A program made the position numbers and the translations under genes. 64,000 nt of DNA from Pseudomonadota bacterium (GTDB taxonomy: Bacteria > Chloroflexota > UBA5177 > JAJPKF01). The DNA lies in assembly GCA_021323865.1 (NCBI GenBank), contig JAJPKF010000019.1:130747-194746 (forward strand), read 5' to 3'. Below are positions 30,456 to 40,270 of this stretch, piece after piece. The notes under the pieces were generated by a model that searched no databases, had not been told where the DNA came from, and worked only from the letters and a program-made list of their open reading frames with translations. Position 1 is the first letter of the stretch, and each line of letters begins with the position of its first letter.

Positions 30456-30530
30456 GCCTTGCTCTCTCCGCTCGCCTGAAAAGTCAAACTCCTTCCGGCC
30501 GGGATGATCGACCTGAGCCGGCGGTCCCCG

Positions 30531-30983
30531 CTACTCCCCCTGCATGCGCCGGATCATCTCCTTGAGACGGCCGATCTCCCCCTCGTATTGCTCGCGCAGC
30601 TCTTCGATCCTGTGCTCGTATTCAGCCTGCGCGTCGCGCATTTGTTCACGCATATTGAGGATGACCTCGACTCCGGCGAGATTCACGCCCAGCTCCTCGA
30701 CCAACCGACGAATCTGCAGCAGCCGGTCGATGTCGTCTGGCGAAAAATACCGGATGTCTCCCTTGCCCCGGTAGGGCTCGATCAGACCGAGGCGCTCGTA
30801 ATGGCGGATGGTCTGCTGGTGAACGCTGACCAGTTCGGCAGCCACGCTGATGGTGTAGTGGCGGCGCTGCCGCAGGCCGTGACCGCGACGCCGGCTGCTG
30901 CGGAGGGCCCCATGCATCTCCTGACCGGCCGCAAGCCGCTCTTGTTCGGCCTCGGTCAGCTCGTCATCGCGATAGGTCACCAT
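30531..30983 (-). CDS. hspR: heat-shock repressor HspR (MerR family)
   Basis: ATG at 30983 (MVTYRDD…); 'YTISVAAELVSVHQQTIRHYERLGLIEP' MerR HTH; position downstream of dnaJ. Confidence 0.85.
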   Translation of the reverse strand: MVTYRDDELTEAEQERLAAGQEMHGALRSSRRRGHGLRQRRHYTISVAAELVSVHQQTIRHYERLGLIEPYRGKGDIRYFSPDDIDRLLQIRRLVEELGVNLAGVEVILNMREQMRDAQAEYEHRIEELREQYEGEIGRLKEMIRRMQGE

Positions 30984-31002
30984 TGCCGGTCCTCCATCCT
31001 CA

Positions 31003-31956
31003 TCAGGCTCCGGTCGCCGCCAGCTGCTCGAACAGCTCTCGCTGCTCTGCATCCAGCTTCGTCGGCAGTGCTGCGACCGCCTTGACGAGCAAATCCCCCC
31101 GGCCGCCGCCCTTGAGCCGCGGCATGCCCTGGCCGGTAAGTTTGAACGTCCGCCCGTTTTGAGAGCCCGGCGGGATTTTCATGGTTACCGATCCATTCAG
31201 GGTGGCGACGGGTGTTTCGCCACCAAGGACGAGCTTGGTGAGCGGCACCGGCGCTTCCATGTGTAGGTCGTCACCCTCGAGTCGGAACTTCGGATCGGGC
31301 AGCACGTGGACCCGAAGATAGAGGTCGCCCGCCTCCTCTCCCGGATTGCCTTTGCCCTTCAGTCGCACCCGGGAGCCCTCTCGGACGCCCGCGGGGATCT
31401 TGACCTCGATGTGTTCGATTTTGCCGTCGGGTCGCGTGAGGCTGAGCGTGCGGCTGGTTCCTTGAAATGCCTCCCGCAGCGTGACGTCTACGGGTTGCTC
31501 GAGGTCCTGGCCGCGTACCCGTCGTTGCTCGGGAGCCGGCCCACCGGTGCGGCTGCGGCCCCGACCGAACAGCGATCCGAGATCGAACTCAAACCCGCCA
31601 CCAGGCTGTCTCGCGCCACTGGCGCCGCCGCCGAAGAGCGTCTCGAAGAAGTCGCTGAAGTCGCCCACGTTGCCCGTGGTGGTGTAGGTGTAGGTCCGTC
31701 CCGCCCCTGGTCCACCGCCGGTTCGAAATCGCTGCTGCCAGTCGGGGCCCAGGGTATCGTAGGTCTTCCGTTTCTGTGCATCGCTGAGGACGGCATACGC
31801 TTCGTTGATGTCCTTAAAGGTCTTCTCGGCATCAGGATTGTTGGGATTGACGTCGGGATGGTACTTGCGGGCCAGCTTTCGGTAGGCCTGCTTGATCTCC
31901 TTCTCGCTGGCCCGCTTTTCGACGCCGAGAGTCTTGTAGTAGTCCTTGTACTCCAT
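31003..31956 (-). CDS. dnaJ: DnaJ-family co-chaperone (J domain + CTDs, no zinc-finger Cys repeats)
   Basis: ATG 31956 ([12 protein letters not shown]…); HPD motif 'KYHPDVN'; G/F-rich linker; no cysteines at all, so CbpA/type II-like. Confidence 0.85.
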   Translation of the reverse strand: MEYKDYYKTLGVEKRASEKEIKQAYRKLARKYHPDVNPNNPDAEKTFKDINEAYAVLSDAQKRKTYDTLGPDWQQRFRTGGGPGAGRTYTYTTTGNVGDFSDFFETLFGGGASGARQPGGGFEFDLGSLFGRGRSRTGGPAPEQRRVRGQDLEQPVDVTLREAFQGTSRTLSLTRPDGKIEHIEVKIPAGVREGSRVRLKGKGNPGEEAGDLYLRVHVLPDPKFRLEGDDLHMEAPVPLTKLVLGGETPVATLNGSVTMKIPPGSQNGRTFKLTGQGMPRLKGGGRGDLLVKAVAALPTKLDAEQRELFEQLAATGA

Positions 31957-32087
31957 TGCTATGTACCGCTCGCCATTCGCGTAGCTGCTGCCGGATGCCA
32001 CTTCGAGAGGGCCGTTCCCGCCGAGGGAGGGTGATCACTTTGCAATATCCCGGGCCCGTGGAACAACGAATAGCGGAGCTGCAAGGC

Positions 32088-32678
32088 TTACACTTCCTCT
32101 CCCGCCTGCTTCAACGCCACCACCACCTTGGCGGGCCGAAGTACGTCGTCCTGATAGCGGTACCCCTGCTGGACCACCTGGGCGATGGAATGGTCCTCGG
32201 CCTGCGGATTCACGACCGTGCTGACGGCCTCCGCCTCCTCTGGGTTGAAGGGTTTTCCCTCTAGGTCCATCGGGTTGACTCCCTCGGATCGCAGGATCTG
32301 ATCGAGCTGGTACTCGGTCAGGCGTACGCCCTGGATGACGCTTTCATCGGCCGCCTGCTCGGCCTGTTGTCCGTAGCTGAGGGCTCGTTCGAGATTGTCC
32401 TTGACCGACAGGAGCTTGAGGAGCAGCTCCTTCTTGGTATTTCGGGAGAGATCGGCGTAGGTACGCTCGATCCTCTTCTTGTAGTTCTCCATGTCGGCGT
32501 GGACGCGCAGATAGCGGTCATAGTTGGCTGCGGCCTCCCTGCGGGCTTCGTCCAGCTCTACGGCCAGGCCGGCGGGGTCGCCGCCAACCACTTCCGGATC
32601 GTCTTCCCGTTGGTCCTGCGGCTCGTCCACCTCGTCAGTCGTGGCCGGTGCAGCCGGCTGAGTCTGTTGTGGGTCCAT
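32088..32678 (-). CDS. grpE: nucleotide exchange factor GrpE
   Basis: 196 aa; acidic N-terminus, coiled coil and GrpE C-terminal beta domain; between dnaK and dnaJ. Confidence 0.85.
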   Translation of the reverse strand: MDPQQTQPAAPATTDEVDEPQDQREDDPEVVGGDPAGLAVELDEARREAAANYDRYLRVHADMENYKKRIERTYADLSRNTKKELLLKLLSVKDNLERALSYGQQAEQAADESVIQGVRLTEYQLDQILRSEGVNPMDLEGKPFNPEEAEAVSTVVNPQAEDHSIAQVVQQGYRYQDDVLRPAKVVVALKQAGEEV

Positions 32679-32707
32679 TCGAGTCCCTCCTCACGAGGGC
32701 GACGAGA

Positions 32708-34558
32708 TTACTCGCCGCCTTCCTCCGTGGAATGGAACTCCGCCTCGACGACGTCGTCAGGCGTTTCGGACGCACCCTGAGCGGCCCCGGCCCCGTCGGG
32801 CTCACCGGCGGCAGCGCCCTGAGCTTCGGTCTGCTGATAGACAGCCTGAGCCGCCTGGTTGAACGCCGTCTCCAGCTCTTGCTGAGCCGACTCAATCCGT
32901 CCCAGATCCGACTCCTTCAGCGCATCCCGCAGCGTCTGGAGCTTGGTCTCGATATCGATCTTCTCGGCAGACGGGACCTTGTCTCCGGATTCCTTCATGA
33001 ATCGCTCGACCGAATAGGCGTACTGCTCGCCCTTGTTGCGGATCTCGGCTTCCTCGCGGCCCCGTCGATCCTCGTCGGCATGCTGCTCCGCCTCCTTGAC
33101 CATCCGGTCAATATCGGAAGAACTGAGATTGGTTGATGCCGTGATGGTCACCTTCTGCTCGCGGCCCGTCCCCAGGTCCTTGGCGGTGACGTTCAGGATG
33201 CCGTTGGCGTCGATGTCGAAGGAGACCTCGATCTGTGGGATGCCCCTTGGCGCGGGCATGATGCCCTCGAGCCGGAACCGTCCCAAGGTCTTATTGTCGC
33301 GAGACATCTCACGCTCACCTTGGGTGACGTGGATATCCACGGCTGTCTGGTTGTCCTCAGCGGTGCTGAAGATCTCGCTCTTGTGGGTCGGGATGGTGGT
33401 ATTGCGGGGGATGAGCTTGGTGGCAATGCCGCCAAGGGTCTCGATCCCCAGAGAGAGCGGAGTGACGTCGAGCAGGACAACGTCCTTGACCTCACCGGCC
33501 AGGACACCGGCCTGGATCGCGGCCCCAACGGCGACCACCTCGTCCGCATTCACACCCTGGTGCGCCTCCTTGCCGGTGAGCTTCTTGACCAGCTCTTGGA
33601 TGACCGGCATTCGCGTGGAGCCGCCGACGAGCACCACCTCGTCGATGTCCTTCTCACTCAGCTTGGAGTCGGCCAACGCCTGCCGAAACGGGGGAATCGT
33701 TCGCTGGGTTAGGTCGTCGGTCAGCTCCTCGAACTTGGCTCGGGTGATGGTGGTGATCAAGTGCTTCGGCCCGGTGGCATCGGCGGTGATGAAGGGCAGG
33801 TTGATCTCCGTGGAGACCACCTGAGACAGCTCTTTCTTGGCCGATTCGGCCGCATCGAGAAGGCGCTGGAGGGCCTGCCGGTCCTTGCGGAGATCGATGC
33901 CGTTCTCCTTCTGGAACTCCTCAGCCACGTAGTCGACGATGCGGCGATCGTAGTCATCGCCACCGAGCTGGGTGTCGCCGGCGGTGGCCTTCACCTCGAA
34001 GACCCCATCGCCGACCTCCAGGACCGACACGTCGTAGGTGCCGCCACCGAGGTCCCAAACGAGAATGGTCTCCATTGACTTCTTGTCCAGACCATAGGCC
34101 AGCGAGGCGGCGGTGGGCTCGTTGATGATCCGCAGGACGTCTAGGCCCGCGATGGTGCCGGCGTCCTGGGTCGCCTTCCGCTGAGAGTCGTTGAAGTAGG
34201 CGGGAACGGTGATAACCGCCTGCTTGACCTCTTCACCCAGGTACTTCTCGGCGTCGGCCTTGAGCTTGCCCAGGATCATGGCAGAGATCTCCTGGGGGGT
34301 ATAGTTCTTTTCGTCGATGCTCGTTTTGTGATCGGTGCCCATCTTCCGCTTGATGGATGCAATTGTCCGGTCGGGGTTCACAACGGCCTGGCGCTTCGCA
34401 AGCTGACCAACCAGCCGCTGTCCGTCCTTGGTAAAGCCGACGACCGATGGCGTGAGCCGGCTACCCTCCGCATTGGTGATGACGGTTGGCTCACCGCCTT
34501 CCATGACGGCCACCACCGAGTTGGTCGTCCCTAAATCGATACCGACTACCTTCGGCAT
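32708..34558 (-). CDS. dnaK: molecular chaperone DnaK (Hsp70)
   Basis: 616 aa; '[10 protein letters not shown]', 'DLGGGTYD', '[10 protein letters not shown]' Hsp70 signatures. Confidence 0.97.
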   Translation of the reverse strand: MPKVVGIDLGTTNSVVAVMEGGEPTVITNAEGSRLTPSVVGFTKDGQRLVGQLAKRQAVVNPDRTIASIKRKMGTDHKTSIDEKNYTPQEISAMILGKLKADAEKYLGEEVKQAVITVPAYFNDSQRKATQDAGTIAGLDVLRIINEPTAASLAYGLDKKSMETILVWDLGGGTYDVSVLEVGDGVFEVKATAGDTQLGGDDYDRRIVDYVAEEFQKENGIDLRKDRQALQRLLDAAESAKKELSQVVSTEINLPFITADATGPKHLITTITRAKFEELTDDLTQRTIPPFRQALADSKLSEKDIDEVVLVGGSTRMPVIQELVKKLTGKEAHQGVNADEVVAVGAAIQAGVLAGEVKDVVLLDVTPLSLGIETLGGIATKLIPRNTTIPTHKSEIFSTAEDNQTAVDIHVTQGEREMSRDNKTLGRFRLEGIMPAPRGIPQIEVSFDIDANGILNVTAKDLGTGREQKVTITASTNLSSSDIDRMVKEAEQHADEDRRGREEAEIRNKGEQYAYSVERFMKESGDKVPSAEKIDIETKLQTLRDALKESDLGRIESAQQELETAFNQAAQAVYQQTEAQGAAAGEPDGAGAAQGASETPDDVVEAEFHSTEEGGE

Positions 34559-34629
34559 GCGTGCTTCTCCTGTTCGTGATTCCTCGATGGACAGGGACGA
34601 AATTCCGCCCCGGCCCTACACTCACCATC

Positions 34630-34658
34630 AGTATAAAGGTTGAGCACATTACTGTCAA
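34630..34658 (-). promoter_or_regulatory. dnaK promoter: -35 TTGACA / 17-nt spacer / -10 TATACT overlapping a HAIR-like inverted repeat (CTTGACA-N7-GCTCAAC)
   Basis: minus-strand sequence cTTGACAgtaatgtgctcaaccttTATACTg about 65 nt upstream of dnaK ATG; 10/14 match to HAIR consensus CTTGAGT-N7-ACTCAAG with correct spacing. Confidence 0.5.
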
Positions 34659-35254
34659 GAAATCGTTGAGCGGCCTGATGTAAGGTCATCTATCCAATCT
34701 GCCACTGCTTCCACCGCCCGGGTGGCTTGCTCCCGATTGCCGCTCACCAGCATTGTGAGAAGGGCACCGAGGATCGCGGAGACCATTAGTGTTGCGATGG
34801 TTCCCGCCTCGTCCTGCCGGAGGCCCGCCTCTCGGGCCGCATGCTCAACGAAGGGCAGCCAGGGGCCGGCCCCTCGCTGCAGGAAGTCGGGAAAACGAGC
34901 CGGGTGCTGAAGCGACAGTCCGCAAGTCTCATAGAAGAGGCGATGGTAGGCCGTCAGCTCCTCGGGCAAACACCACTCAGCCCAGTACCGACGCATGAGC
35001 CGGCCGAGCGAGATCGGTTCAGGCCCTTCCAGCCACGCAGCCGTCATCTGCCGCTCTCTCTCCTCGACGGCGCTGACGACCGCCGCGACCAGCCCCTCTT
35101 TGGATCCGAAATGGTACACGAGCGAGAAGGTACTGACGTTCAGTGCAGAGGCCAAGGGGCGGAGGGATAGATCGGCGATGCCATTCTCGAGGACGTACTC
35201 AGTAACCGCCTCGAGCAGCTCTTCACGACGGGCCGGGTTCGGCTTCGGGGCCAC
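34655..35254 (-). CDS. TetR family transcriptional regulator
   Basis: 199 aa; N-terminal HTH 'LSLRPLASALNVSTFSLVYHFGSKEGL'; GTG start. Confidence 0.8.
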   Translation of the reverse strand: MAPKPNPARREELLEAVTEYVLENGIADLSLRPLASALNVSTFSLVYHFGSKEGLVAAVVSAVEERERQMTAAWLEGPEPISLGRLMRRYWAEWCLPEELTAYHRLFYETCGLSLQHPARFPDFLQRGAGPWLPFVEHAAREAGLRQDEAGTIATLMVSAILGALLTMLVSGNREQATRAVEAVADWIDDLTSGRSTIS

Positions 35255-35330
35255 CGCCTCGGCCTCCTTCCCTTTTTGTTATGCTAAAACGAGCGATATG
35301 ATAACATCTGTCATGGAAAGAGGTCGAGAA

Positions 35331-35762
35331 ATGCGGGAACCGGCGCAACCCTTTCGTAGTGCCACCGATTTGCCGCGGGGACATTCCGGACCTCCGAGCG
35401 CGGTGCAGGTTCGGCTGCTGCGTTTGGATGGAGGTATCGAGGCAGTGATCGGGCTGATCCTTGTCACCAGCCCGATATCGGGGATCTTCCAGGCCCTTCG
35501 ACTTCCGCAGCCGGCGTCACGTCCCATGGTTGTGGTGGTGGGAATCATGCTGATCCTACTGTTGCCGCTGTTCTGGTGGCTGAGTTCTCGGACGCTTCCT
35601 GACATGCGCCTGATCGCCGTCGGCAATCTGGTGTCTGCGGCAGTGCTCGCCGGTTGGATCCTCACGACGGGGCACAGCAATACAACCGGCCATCTGTTTG
35701 TGCTGGCGGTGTCCGGAGCGCTGGTCATCCTCGGGATGATGCAACTGGCCGCATCGCGCTAA
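35331..35762 (+). CDS. small hypothetical membrane protein (divergent from TetR)
   Basis: ATG 35331 with GGAAAGAGG RBS 6 nt upstream; 3-4 predicted TM helices; alternative starts 35298/35313. Confidence 0.5.
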   Translation: MREPAQPFRSATDLPRGHSGPPSAVQVRLLRLDGGIEAVIGLILVTSPISGIFQALRLPQPASRPMVVVVGIMLILLLPLFWWLSSRTLPDMRLIAVGNLVSAAVLAGWILTTGHSNTTGHLFVLAVSGALVILGMMQLAASR

Positions 35763-35902
35763 GGCTAAGTCGGGCGATATACTGTCTGCCTAGCAGCGGC
35801 TGAGCCTTGAGGAGCGCACATTACGTCAGCACGCGGGGATGGGGCAATGTCAGCTCTGTTGGAGCCGCCGCAGGGACCTTGAAGCAGCGACTCGACAGCA
35901 GA

Positions 35903-35930
35903 GGAGGCGCCGATGCATATCGGCGCCTCC
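35903..35930. terminator. strong palindromic hairpin between convergent genes (candidate bidirectional terminator)
   Basis: GGAGGCGCCGAT-GCAT-ATCGGCGCCTCC: 12-bp perfect stem, 4-nt loop; no clear T-tract. Confidence 0.45.
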
Positions 35931-36184
35931 CCCTCCCTCACACCCGTCCTTAGGGTGACCTGACAAGCCGCTGATGCGCACCGAAGTGAGCCAGGCTGTG
36001 CGCAGGAAGCGACCTACTTAAGACTAGGCCGTCTTGGGTAAACGTTCGGTCAACGTTCGGTAAAAAGCAGGTGAATTCGAGCTGTGACTCTCACCGCAGC
36101 CCGTTGCCGTCGACCTGTCGGATAGCAGACGGCATCCACCCGTCGAGCACCACAGTCCACTGACGCCGGTGGGGATCCGGCGCG

Positions 36185-37513
36185 CTAGTCCCCCATGCGA
36201 TAGCCGGGTCCGCCCGGGTTGGAGGAGGGGCAGGACAGCTTCTTCTCGATCAATGGCGGTCGAGGAGACTGGTGCAGATTGAGCATCGGACCGAGACTGC
36301 GGACTCCACGGTTGTAGTGCATCGTCTGAGGCAGGCCGTACTGGTCCTCCACGAACTTCATGATCGAGCGAAAGTCCAGACGTCGATGATAGATGGTATG
36401 CGGCCTCGCATAGGGCGAGATGACGATGGCGGGCACCCGCGGCCCGAGACTGTAGGCGTCGCGCACCGGTGGCGCGACGTGATCGTAGAAGCCGCCGTAG
36501 TCGTCCCAGGTCAGGATGACGACCGTATGTTTCCAGAGCGGTGACCGCATCAGCTCGTTCAGCTTCTGCACTGTCCAGTTTTCGCCGGCACACTCACTGG
36601 CGGGCGGATGCTCGCTGAAGGCGAGGTCGGCGGAGAGCCAGGAGATGGCAGGCAGGTGACCGCTCTTCACATCGGCATCAAAGCGACTCGGAGGAACCAC
36701 ATTGGTCTGCCATTGCGATGAATAGCGAATGTGCTTGATGGCATCGAAGGTGGACCAGATGTAACCGCGATGACCAGGTCGCGGTACGTAGTATTTCCAG
36801 CTCACACCGGCCGCGTTGGCTTCATCGGCCAGGGTCTGGAAGTTGAAACAGGGCCGCACGTTGGCGACCGTGCCGTTCCGGTCCACCTGCGCGTAGCTGC
36901 TCGAGGCCGCGTCGCAGCCCCAGGACATCAATGGCGCCACTCCACTGATGGACAGGGTGTGGTTGCTCTGCCCGGATATCAGCACGAACCGGTTGGGGAA
37001 GCTGCTGCTGAGGATAGTGGAGTAGAAGTGGTCCGCGATGCCGAAGTACTTGGCGTAGGCGAAGTAGGCGGGAATCTGTTTGCGCGTGAACTGGGTATCT
37101 GCCACGTCTTTGCCGTGCTGCAGCGCGCCCGGCTGCTTTGAAAAGCCGTCCATCTTGCCGCCGTCCACTGCGATCCTGGCCTGCGGCGGCTGGTGGACGA
37201 TGTTGTACAGCAGGCTGTCGGGCGTTACCGGCATCCTCACCATGGTTCCGAACACGTCGGCCGTGCTGGTACCGTCTGCGCCCCGCAGGCGCCCGAAAAG
37301 ATTGTCGAAGCTGTGATTCTCTTTAATCAGAATGACCACGTGACGGATTGGTCCGCAGCTCGAGGCACAAGTGGTTGAAGTCGCCGGCGCCCAGCCGGTC
37401 GAAGCCCACGTGAGGCACATGCCGGCAACCAGCAGGAGAGCCGCGGCTACTCCACCAGCCCGATGACGGTGGGAACCTGGGGCCGGCGAGACGCGGTATC
37501 GCAAACGAATCAC
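36185..37513 (-). CDS. phosphoesterase family protein (phospholipase C / AcpA-like), paralog of 12181..13623
   Basis: 442 aa; '[13 protein letters not shown]', '[12 protein letters not shown]'; N-terminal signal peptide. Confidence 0.8.
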   Translation of the reverse strand: MIRLRYRVSPAPGSHRHRAGGVAAALLLVAGMCLTWASTGWAPATSTTCASSCGPIRHVVILIKENHSFDNLFGRLRGADGTSTADVFGTMVRMPVTPDSLLYNIVHQPPQARIAVDGGKMDGFSKQPGALQHGKDVADTQFTRKQIPAYFAYAKYFGIADHFYSTILSSSFPNRFVLISGQSNHTLSISGVAPLMSWGCDAASSSYAQVDRNGTVANVRPCFNFQTLADEANAAGVSWKYYVPRPGHRGYIWSTFDAIKHIRYSSQWQTNVVPPSRFDADVKSGHLPAISWLSADLAFSEHPPASECAGENWTVQKLNELMRSPLWKHTVVILTWDDYGGFYDHVAPPVRDAYSLGPRVPAIVISPYARPHTIYHRRLDFRSIMKFVEDQYGLPQTMHYNRGVRSLGPMLNLHQSPRPPLIEKKLSCPSSNPGGPGYRMGD

Positions 37514-37719
37514 GAAACCAGTCTATTCGCTGCTGGAGCAGCAGACGATCGCGAACAAGGCAACCGAATCCCAGGATGTCGGTCCGGACGTGACTCTCGC
37601 CGCGACAACTTAAGCCAGTCCCCTCTTGAACCTCGGCGCATGTTCAATATGAGCAAGCTCACGTTGAAGATCATTGAGGCTCGGCTATAGTCTGAAGCAT
37701 CAACGGCTCGGAGGAGTCA

Positions 37720-38967
37720 TTGCTTGGCCTGCTGCGGGTGCGAAACGCCCGCTTCTACCTCCTTGGTGAGTTCGTGTCCATCTTCGGCGACGTGGCGCTG
37801 TGGTTGGCCCTGGGAATCTGGGTGAAGTCACTCACGGGAAGCAACAGCGCGGCCGGCCTGGTCTTTTTCGCCTTCGCGCTCCCGACGCTGGCCTCGCCAG
37901 TCAGTGGAGTCTTTGTCGACCGGTTCAGACGGCGGCCGCTTCTGATTGGAACCGACCTATTCCTCGGCTGCCTGGTGTTGCTGCTTACTCTCGTGCATGG
38001 GCGCTCCAGCATCTGGCTCATCTACGTGGTCATGGTCTTTTATGGCCTGGCGTTCAACGTGCTCAGCTCCGCCGGCGCGGCGTTTCTGCCCAGCATCCTG
38101 GACAGCGAGCTCCTTCCCCACGGCAATGCCGCGCTGCAGGTTGGTCGACAGGGACTACGCCTGCTCGGACCACTTATGGGCGCCGGTCTGTTTGCCTGGC
38201 GTGGTGGCGCCTTCGTGGCTGTGTTCGACGCCGCAACGTTCGGCGTAGCGGCGGTCGCGCTGGCGCTCATACGAGTCGAGGAGATCAAGCCCTCGCCCTC
38301 GGAGAGCCACTGGCTGTCGCAGGCGCTGTCCGGGATACGGCATGTCCTCAAGACCACGGTGATCCGCCAGGTTGTGATCGCCATCGTCATCGCGGTGATC
38401 GTGGTGGGCTTCCTGGAGTCGCTCATCTTCGCGATCGTGGCGCAAGGCCTGCACCGGCCTCCGGCATTCCTGGGGCTGGTCATATCGGTCCAGGGGATTG
38501 GCGGCATACTCGGCGGTTTGACCGCCGCAAAGCTCATGGAACGCACGGGCGAGGGCATCCTGGCCGCAATCGGCCTGGGGCTATTTGCCTGCGGTGCGCC
38601 GTTGCTTGCCCTCTCGAGCCTGCCTGCCGTCATAACGGGCATCGTGATCTTCGGGCTCGGCCTCCCGTGGCTGATTGTCGGGGCGACCACGCTCGTGCAG
38701 CGGGTGACTCCGGCGAACCTTCACGGCCGCTCCTTTGCCGCCCTGGATCTGTTGATCGGAGGCCCACAGACCTTTTCCATTGCGTTGGGAGCTGCGCTTG
38801 TCGCCGTAGTGGACTACCGAGCTCTCCTCCTGATCATGGCGGCGGTCGTCGCAGTCGCCTGCCTCTATCTGGCAACGCGGCCGGAGCAGTGGGCGCGAGC
38901 CCGTCGCCACCCCAACGCGCCAACCGGCACGACTGCCGAAGTTGCTCCACACGCCGTGGAGCCCTGA
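37720..38967 (+). CDS. MFS transporter
   Basis: 415 aa; 12 predicted TM helices, MFS motif-like 'VFVDRFRRRPLLIG'; TTG start after GGAGGAG. Confidence 0.8.
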   Translation: MLGLLRVRNARFYLLGEFVSIFGDVALWLALGIWVKSLTGSNSAAGLVFFAFALPTLASPVSGVFVDRFRRRPLLIGTDLFLGCLVLLLTLVHGRSSIWLIYVVMVFYGLAFNVLSSAGAAFLPSILDSELLPHGNAALQVGRQGLRLLGPLMGAGLFAWRGGAFVAVFDAATFGVAAVALALIRVEEIKPSPSESHWLSQALSGIRHVLKTTVIRQVVIAIVIAVIVVGFLESLIFAIVAQGLHRPPAFLGLVISVQGIGGILGGLTAAKLMERTGEGILAAIGLGLFACGAPLLALSSLPAVITGIVIFGLGLPWLIVGATTLVQRVTPANLHGRSFAALDLLIGGPQTFSIALGAALVAVVDYRALLLIMAAVVAVACLYLATRPEQWARARRHPNAPTGTTAEVAPHAVEP

Positions 38968-38984
38968 CCGAAGCCGCGTCGCCG

Positions 38985-40211
38985 CTACAGCTGCGCTTCG
39001 AGATCCGACGTCTTCAGCTGCGGCACCGGCTCACGAGACGCGCGCCACCGGCGGCGTGGTAGGGCCACCGCAGTCAGGGCAGCTGCCGCCACGCAAAGTG
39101 ACGCCCCGCACCAGAACGGAAGACCCTGTTGGACGCCGAACAGAGCGCCCAGCACACCGGCCCCGACGGCGCTTCCCCCGAACTGGAAGAACCCGCCCAT
39201 GCCCATGGCGCGGCCGCGAACGTCGGCCGAGGTCGTCTCGCTGATCACTGCAAACAGCACGGGTTGGACGACCACGAAGCCGGTTGCTTCGATCATTCCG
39301 ACAAGGAGGATCACCGGATAGGAACGGATCTCGGGATAGAGGGCGGCGCACGACGCTACCACCAAGAACGAACCGCTCAAGAGAATGCGCCGGTTCCAGC
39401 GGTCGCCCAGCTTCCCGACGGTGCCCGCCAGGAGCAGCACCGGAATCGCGAAGGCGCTGATCGAGAGCCCAATGAGAAACGGACCAATTCCTCGTGCGCT
39501 GAGATATTGCGGCCATACCACGTCGTACATCGCGAACATGGCCCCCGCGGCAAGCAGCGCAAGACTGGGAACGAGAACCGCTGAGGTTCGCCACCAGCCG
39601 GGTGTGGCCGGAATCGCTTCCTCTTGTCGATGGCCTCGGGTTTCCGGGAGACGGAACAGCGCGGTGACACCCAAGAGCGTGCCGAGGCCGGAGCACAGAA
39701 AGATCGCCGAATCCGTCCACAGCGCCACGGCGCCCCCAATGGCCGGGCCGATGAGGAGGCCTACCATTTCGACGGCCTGAAGCTGTGCGTACCGTTGTGC
39801 TCGTCGCTCACCGGTGGTCAGATCGGCCAGAGCCGCACGAAGTGCCGGAATATAGGCTCCGCCGGTGAGCCCTTGCCCCAATCGAAGGAGCGCCAACAGC
39901 CACAGCGGTCCCAGGTTGAGGAAGAGGCCGAACGAGAGGACTGAGAACACCAACCGGGCGCCGATGAGCACCGGTTTGCGACCCACCCGGTCGACCAGAT
40001 GGCCGGCCGGCACCTGGATGATGGTGTTTGCCACCATGGGACCGGCGATGAAGGCCGCGATCGCCAGCGACCCGCCGCCATGGCTCCGAACGTAGAGTGG
40101 GGCGACCGGGAACACGGCCGCGATGCCCGTGAACATCAGCAGCTGACCGAGAAGTAGCCGCGATGCGGGGTCCAATTGCCGGCTTCGCAGCGTGGTTAGG
40201 AAGTCGAGCAC
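38985..40211 (-). CDS. MFS transporter
   Basis: 408 aa; 12 TM helices, 'GHLVDRVGRKPVLIGA' MFS motif A. Confidence 0.8.
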   Translation of the reverse strand: MLDFLTTLRSRQLDPASRLLLGQLLMFTGIAAVFPVAPLYVRSHGGGSLAIAAFIAGPMVANTIIQVPAGHLVDRVGRKPVLIGARLVFSVLSFGLFLNLGPLWLLALLRLGQGLTGGAYIPALRAALADLTTGERRAQRYAQLQAVEMVGLLIGPAIGGAVALWTDSAIFLCSGLGTLLGVTALFRLPETRGHRQEEAIPATPGWWRTSAVLVPSLALLAAGAMFAMYDVVWPQYLSARGIGPFLIGLSISAFAIPVLLLAGTVGKLGDRWNRRILLSGSFLVVASCAALYPEIRSYPVILLVGMIEATGFVVVQPVLFAVISETTSADVRGRAMGMGGFFQFGGSAVGAGVLGALFGVQQGLPFWCGASLCVAAAALTAVALPRRRWRASREPVPQLKTSDLEAQL

Positions 40212-40270
40212 CCGCTATTATCCGGGCTTCTCGGGTGTATCCTTTCGTGTTTGTGGAAGGAGGCATAGCG

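Noticed and set aside
30456-30530. Looked for a HAIR operator between hspR and clpB
   Set aside because: No CTTGAGT-like inverted repeat was seen. clpB is more probably co-transcribed from the dnaK promoter.
36024-36593. 189-aa minus-strand ORF overlapping 3' end of phosphoesterase 2 and intergenic region
   Set aside because: Different frame from the conserved phosphoesterase; Arg/Ser/Leu-rich, no homology signal.
37800-39062. 420-aa plus-strand ORF overlapping the MFS transporter gene in another frame
   Set aside because: The MFS frame (37720..38967) gives 12 hydrophobic helices. This frame gives an Arg/Pro-rich low-complexity product.
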